Shown one piece after another: positions 58,633 to 64,000 of a stretch of DNA of 64,000 bases. Source of the DNA: Hamiltosporidium tvaerminnensis FI-OER-3-3 (Eukaryota > Fungi > Microsporidia). Every line of letters starts with the position of its first letter. The stretch's first letter is position 1. The stretch lies in NCBI GenBank assembly GCA_022605425.2, contig CM061250.1, forward strand, positions 248,001 to 312,000, read 5' to 3'. A program made the translations under genes and the position numbers. The notes under the pieces were generated by a model, which made no database searches, was not told the origin of the DNA, and was given only the letters and a program-made list of their open reading frames with translations.

Positions 58633-61600
58633 AAAAGAAGAAATAATATATGGTTTTACTAAAAATAAACTTATTTAAAACATTTTAATTACCCTATTAT
58701 AGAGCTAAACTATTTTATTGGAACTAAACAACTAACGAATTTTCGGCAGTCTGTCTTATATTTCTTTAAACAAACTAACGTTAAATTTATGTTGAAATTT
58801 GCTTCAAATGCAAACAAACTTATATTCGAGGTGCGAATTCCATTATAAATATTCATTGTGGGATTCGATTTTTAAAATGATAATGATTTATACAATTATA
58901 CAATAATAAAGTGATCTAAAAAAAGCTATTAATTATAATACTTGATAAATTGTATCATAATGATTTTATGTTAATATCATTCTTATGTTTATTTTTCATG
59001 ACATAATTAATTGATTACAAATAGAGTAACTTTATACAAGTTTTGTGCAGTATTTTAAACCATTAAAAAATTTTAAATTAACTATTTTTTTATCGAAATG
59101 GTTCTTCATTTATTTTTTTTGAATCACTCAAACTTGTTCTTACCGATTCATATATTTTTTTTTATAAATATAGATTTTATTTATGATTTATATATAGTTT
59201 AAGCAGTAGAATCCAAATAAAAAGACATCCTTAGTCATATCATACAATTATTCGCTAAAAAAATTAAAATCATGAGTTTATTTTTATCTTATTTAAATCG
59301 GTAAGGAATGCTGTTTTCCTTGCCATTTACAAATCTAAACACATTTTTTAATTGTTATACACTATATTTCTTTATAATAAATATTCTTAAATTTCATTAA
59401 ATATACTTTTTATTTTGAAAGTTTATAAAAAAAAAAACTAAATTCTTTAATTCTGTATAAAATAAAATTAAAATCACTATTATATTTATAAATCATTGAA
59501 TATAAAAATTAAATCATATTTTCTTTTAATTTCAAAGGAAATTTTTAGTCACACTTTCTGAATATAAAGAGATTGATTTAATTTTTCAAATAGATATATT
59601 TACTTGATATACAAGATATATTTAGAATTATAAAGTAGAAAGTTGGTTCATAAAACAAATTTTTTTTTCTTTATTTCATTATATATCAATTTTAGAGGCT
59701 TTACATTATTAAGCAAATGAAGATGGTTCAGAAGTTTTTTAGTACGAGATTTACAAAGACTCAAATATAATTTAAAGTTTCAAACCAAAATTTTTAATAT
59801 TTTTCTGATTCATACTGGTTTAGTTATAATCTTATTATATTATCAAAAAAACAACTTAATATAAACTTTTTTATGAATTTAATTGTTCGTTTAAAAAAAT
59901 TCATTTTTTTTCAGAATAAAATTTACAATGAAAACTTAAAATTACGACAGAATTAAAATCATGCGATATCCATAATAATCCAATTCCATAAATAATATGA
60001 AAATTGAATAAAATACCATTAAAAGTTTATAAAAAAACCAATTGTCAAAAGTGATTTCAATTTTTAAATCTTATATTAAAGACAATAATTTCTTTTTTAT
60101 TTAAAAATCTTCCTGGTTATAAAACTTAAGTTATGTAAAAAATTTTAATAAGAAGATTGTTATTAAAATATATATTACAAAATTATTTCTTGGAGAACAA
60201 TTATTTAGTTTAAGTTTTTTTAAAATAATATATTTACCTCTATTTTTTAGACATTAATATATAAAATTAGTGGAAAATCAAATTTTTTGTATTAATCGTA
60301 CGTTTTTTTTAATTAGTCATGTCTATAAATAGTAAGATTAGATTCTAATTATTTGCCCCAATTAGCGTTTTTTTTAATATCGTAAGAATTATAACAAAAA
60401 TTGCTTAGTTCAAATAATTTGGTTTAGATGACTTATATATTTTATTTTTAGGCATCAAAATATATTTTGTTGAAAATAAGCATCATGAAACTATATTAAT
60501 TAGTTCAAATATAACCCAATTACTTCATGAGGTTATCCATATCAGATTATCTAACATATAAGATATGATAATCAATGATGAATTATACTATTGTTCAAGT
60601 ATAAATATAGAGATAATTAAGTGGTAAATAATGATGTCCTTTCATAACAATGTTTTATGTACTTTGAAAGGAATCGGGGCAAGGAACGCAAATCCAACTA
60701 TTGTTTATAAATATAATGGCAACTAAAACATTTGTTTTTCCTTATGTAATTATTTAAAATTATATTTAAGACTAAAAATAATTTTATTTGATTTCGAATA
60801 ATTGTGAATGAAAAAAAGTTTTCTATATCCAACTTAAACTTTTCTGCGTTATTATTTTATTTCACAATATTCGTGTATTCTTTATTTAAGCCTCAAAGTC
60901 CATGTTTTATTTATTTCGTTCTTTGAGAATTTAGTTAAAAATTTTTTATCCTTTTTCAGTACAATTTTCTAAAATCTTTAATATTTCGACCTTTTTGCTG
61001 ATTCTTAAAAAATTTTGATTCAATTCAATTTTCCAACGAATATTTTAATTTTGAAAATTTTATAGTTTTCTCTCGTTTTATATTGACCACAATAGAAGTA
61101 TGCTGGTACCCATTTTTAATAAACTCGGTTTTCCGGTCAACAAATCTACACTTTTTATATGTCAAATACCATACATGGGATTGAGATTATTCTAGCATTT
61201 TGCAATTTCTTGTCACTGTTTCGGCTTGCTTGTTTTGTTCATACCAGCTGATCCATCTCTAATTATTTCAACGTTAAATTACTGAATAAAAAAAAGAGCA
61301 TAAAATTTTATAAAAACATATAGCATATATTAAATACTATATACATTTTTTACATGATATAAGGCTTTAATACTAGACATATTCTTATTTTTGACATATT
61401 TTATTTGGATCATAGTTAATATATTTTTCTTACTTTTAATATACAGTTTTCTAATCCAATAAGATTTGATTTATTATCATTAAGGCTTATGATATGTGGT
61501 ATAAAATACATTATTTCATTTCATAAAGATATATGCTTGTGTTTTGTTATTAACTCCTTCAAAATATAGTATTTTCTCAGAATTATACATAAGTTCGGTG

Positions 61601-62589
61601 GTTTTTCGAGTATATATACTTTTTGATAAAATTTATTTCCGATTCGGGAAAATTTATAGTTATAAATCGTCCTAAGATTTGTTATCTTTATTCTCGGTAG
61701 TTTATAAGAACAGAAAATATTCAAATTTAGTAAATATCTGAGATTATATTATTAAGACAGAAAAGATACCAATTTTATACAGTTTGGGTATATAATTGGA
61801 CAATAAGGTTTTTTCATGTTTAAATTTATAGTTTTAAATAAATTATATCATTAGATTATAAGAAATATTTATTCAGAAAAGGTTTCTAATTTAACTTTTA
61901 TTTTATAAGATAAACAAATGTAAAATTGTAAAATATTAGAATTTCATACAGAAGATCTTAATTAAGAAACAACTAGATAAAGTCTGTTTTTTTCTTTCTG
62001 TTCAAATTTTGACTAGATTAAAGCTTTTACTCAATTGATATAATTATCTTTGAACCACAATTAGAGTTACCGATATACGAAAGGGAAACCATCATCTTTG
62101 CTTGATTTTTATGCCGTTTTTATTATTCAAGAATTATTTTGATTATTGATTTTCTTTCTGGTTTTTTTGTAAATTTCTCTGAACAAAATTTGATGAAGGA
62201 ATTTTATCCATGAAAGTTATTTTGACTATATTAAAGATAAATTCGGAAAATAAAATACCTAGAAATAGAACCAAAAGACCTTTTGATTTATTATTGCAAA
62301 GAAAAAATGAAATTTTAGAAAACAAAAAACAACGAGTAAATAAACTGAAATTTTCTCTGAATAAATATGCTAAAGAGTCAGTCTCTATCAAGCGTTCGGA
62401 AAACAGCAAGAAACATTCAATAGACTTAATTGCATGATAAAGAAGGAAAAAAAGCGATGTATGAAAGTACCAAACTCGTTTTATCTGTTCAAAAAGGAAG
62501 GATCTACGAATATGTCTCAAATTGTTTTACAGGATGAGATATGAACAACTATAGCACATTTCTCAGAAAAAATTAATTTTTGAACGACA

Positions 62590-63050
62590 ATATGTGGTAT
62601 TTCGTGTAAAACAGATTTTGTTGGCCTAAGAAACCATGCCAATTAAAATGATGGATATAGATGAACTGTAAATTTTAGACTGTTATTCAATTTTTTCTCG
62701 CTTAGATTTAAACATAACATAGAAAACATTTAATCTGACCCGAAGCTAATATTCATATATGAAGATGTTCCGAATATTTTACACAGCGACAAAGGCCAAG
62801 AATTCAACGAATCTAATATTACAGAATTTTTATATAGACAAACGTTAGATTTGTAGACAAAGTCAAAATAACACAAATAGAAACCAGATTGAATAATTCG
62901 CAAATGAAGTAAATATAAAATTCTGAAGGCATTTTTCGGTGCGGAAACCTAGACCAAGATAATATTTTGATAAGTTTATATTTAAACATAATAGATCGTG
63001 GTATAAACTCATTAATATGTCACAAATATGAGCATTAAAGTTCGCCTAGT
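62590..63050 (+). mobile_element. Decayed rve (DDE) integrase remnant
   Basis: Fragments TDFVGLRN..NDGYR*..(L)DCYS and HSDKGQEF match the xDLVD..NDGYxWIL..DxFS / HSDNGxEF integrase core; many stops; may extend upstream to ORF 62210. Confidence 0.7.
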
Positions 63051-64000
63051 TTAAATATATCGTTCTCCGTAATTAATTTAATAGAAAAAGAAGAAGTATT
63101 CGAAATCAAGAAGAGGAATCAGCCATTGAAAACATCTTAACGTTTATGAAAAAATAAAAATGTATGGTAGTTGATAGTGTTTTAAAGTCGCAAACCGCTA
63201 TTATGTACCCAGAAAAGTTGAAATTAGGTATAGAGCGACTTATGGTTCAGGAATGGTCTAAGATACTGAGGTTCATTACCATGCTATCGCCTTTAATCTA
63301 GGTGATGTTGTTCATATTCGAAGATCTTTTTTAAAAGCACTCATACGAAAATCAAAATACCTAGCTTTGATAAATAAGAGTTTTTAATTATTGCCGAGAG
63401 AGTTTTTTCTGAAATTTTTGCTTCTTTGATTGAATATTCCAAGAATATTGTAAATTAACACAAAGTCAGACCAATGAAGCTATCAAAATGATAAGTTTTT
63501 GTTTCTATCATGAATTTTCTTTTTTAAAGTTTTTTTGTATCTCTTCCTATACAACGAACTCTACATATGTCGACTAAGATACAAAATAATTCAAGTTGAT
63601 ATTTATTTCGTTTTATAAGATATCTGATATACGTTTATTTGTTGTAAAAAAATTCCGAAAATAATATCACATTATTCATTGAAAAAAGTAATCAAATCCT
63701 CTATTTATATAAAAAATATAATTTAAGAAATGGTATTTATTTGAATTCAGGTTATATCGATACACTCAAAAGTATTTTAAATAAATTTTAAGGTCTATAA
63801 CAGCAGAAAGATGCAAAACATTAATTATAATATTAAATACTTTAGTTATCTAATATTGGATAATGAATTGTTTTCTAAATGAAGCACATAATATTTTAAA
63901 CGTTTTTATTTAAATAGAAGGAAAAAAAAAGATTTTAATAAATAAATTAAACATAAAACAATCTGTTTAATAGAATAGAAATCATTTGAACAATAGTAAA

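Noticed and set aside
1-64000. tRNA or rRNA genes
   Set aside because: No cloverleaf or rRNA-conserved motifs recognised by eye; tRNAscan/Infernal not run.

Overview
Very AT-rich, intron-poor eukaryotic DNA typical of a large-genome microsporidian. Hamiltosporidium-like is my recall-based guess, from compact fungal-type genes, CCC-like motifs just before start codons, a mitosomal-type Pam16 and heavy TE load. Intact genes: PAM16, LUC7, an M1 aminopeptidase with a signal peptide or anchor, proteasome beta-4 (PRE1), NSE3/MAGE, RPB5, a hugely expanded ELP1, SEC15, a short biotin protein ligase, and one intact member of a lineage-specific family that also has two pseudogenised copies. Mobile DNA: an RLE-type non-LTR retrotransposon (one full-length decayed copy with a 13-bp TSD plus truncated copies and remnants); an abundant ~720-bp non-coding, hairpin-rich SINE-like element (about 9 full-length copies of different ages, 12-15 bp TSDs on two young copies); a ~230-bp RTE-type bipartite element (2 copies); and a decayed rve integrase. 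The most unusual signals are: (1) ~3.8 kb of ELP1 saturated, in alternating orientation, with a GGGTGTTA/TAACACCC motif that builds in-frame QQGVN/QHPLN/NTP peptide arrays; (2) the long structured SINE-like retroposon, possibly partnered with the RLE LINE; (3) mosaic, gene-conversion-like evolution of the putative secreted family. Coordinates of degenerate elements are approximate, and all identifications are by eye without database searches.
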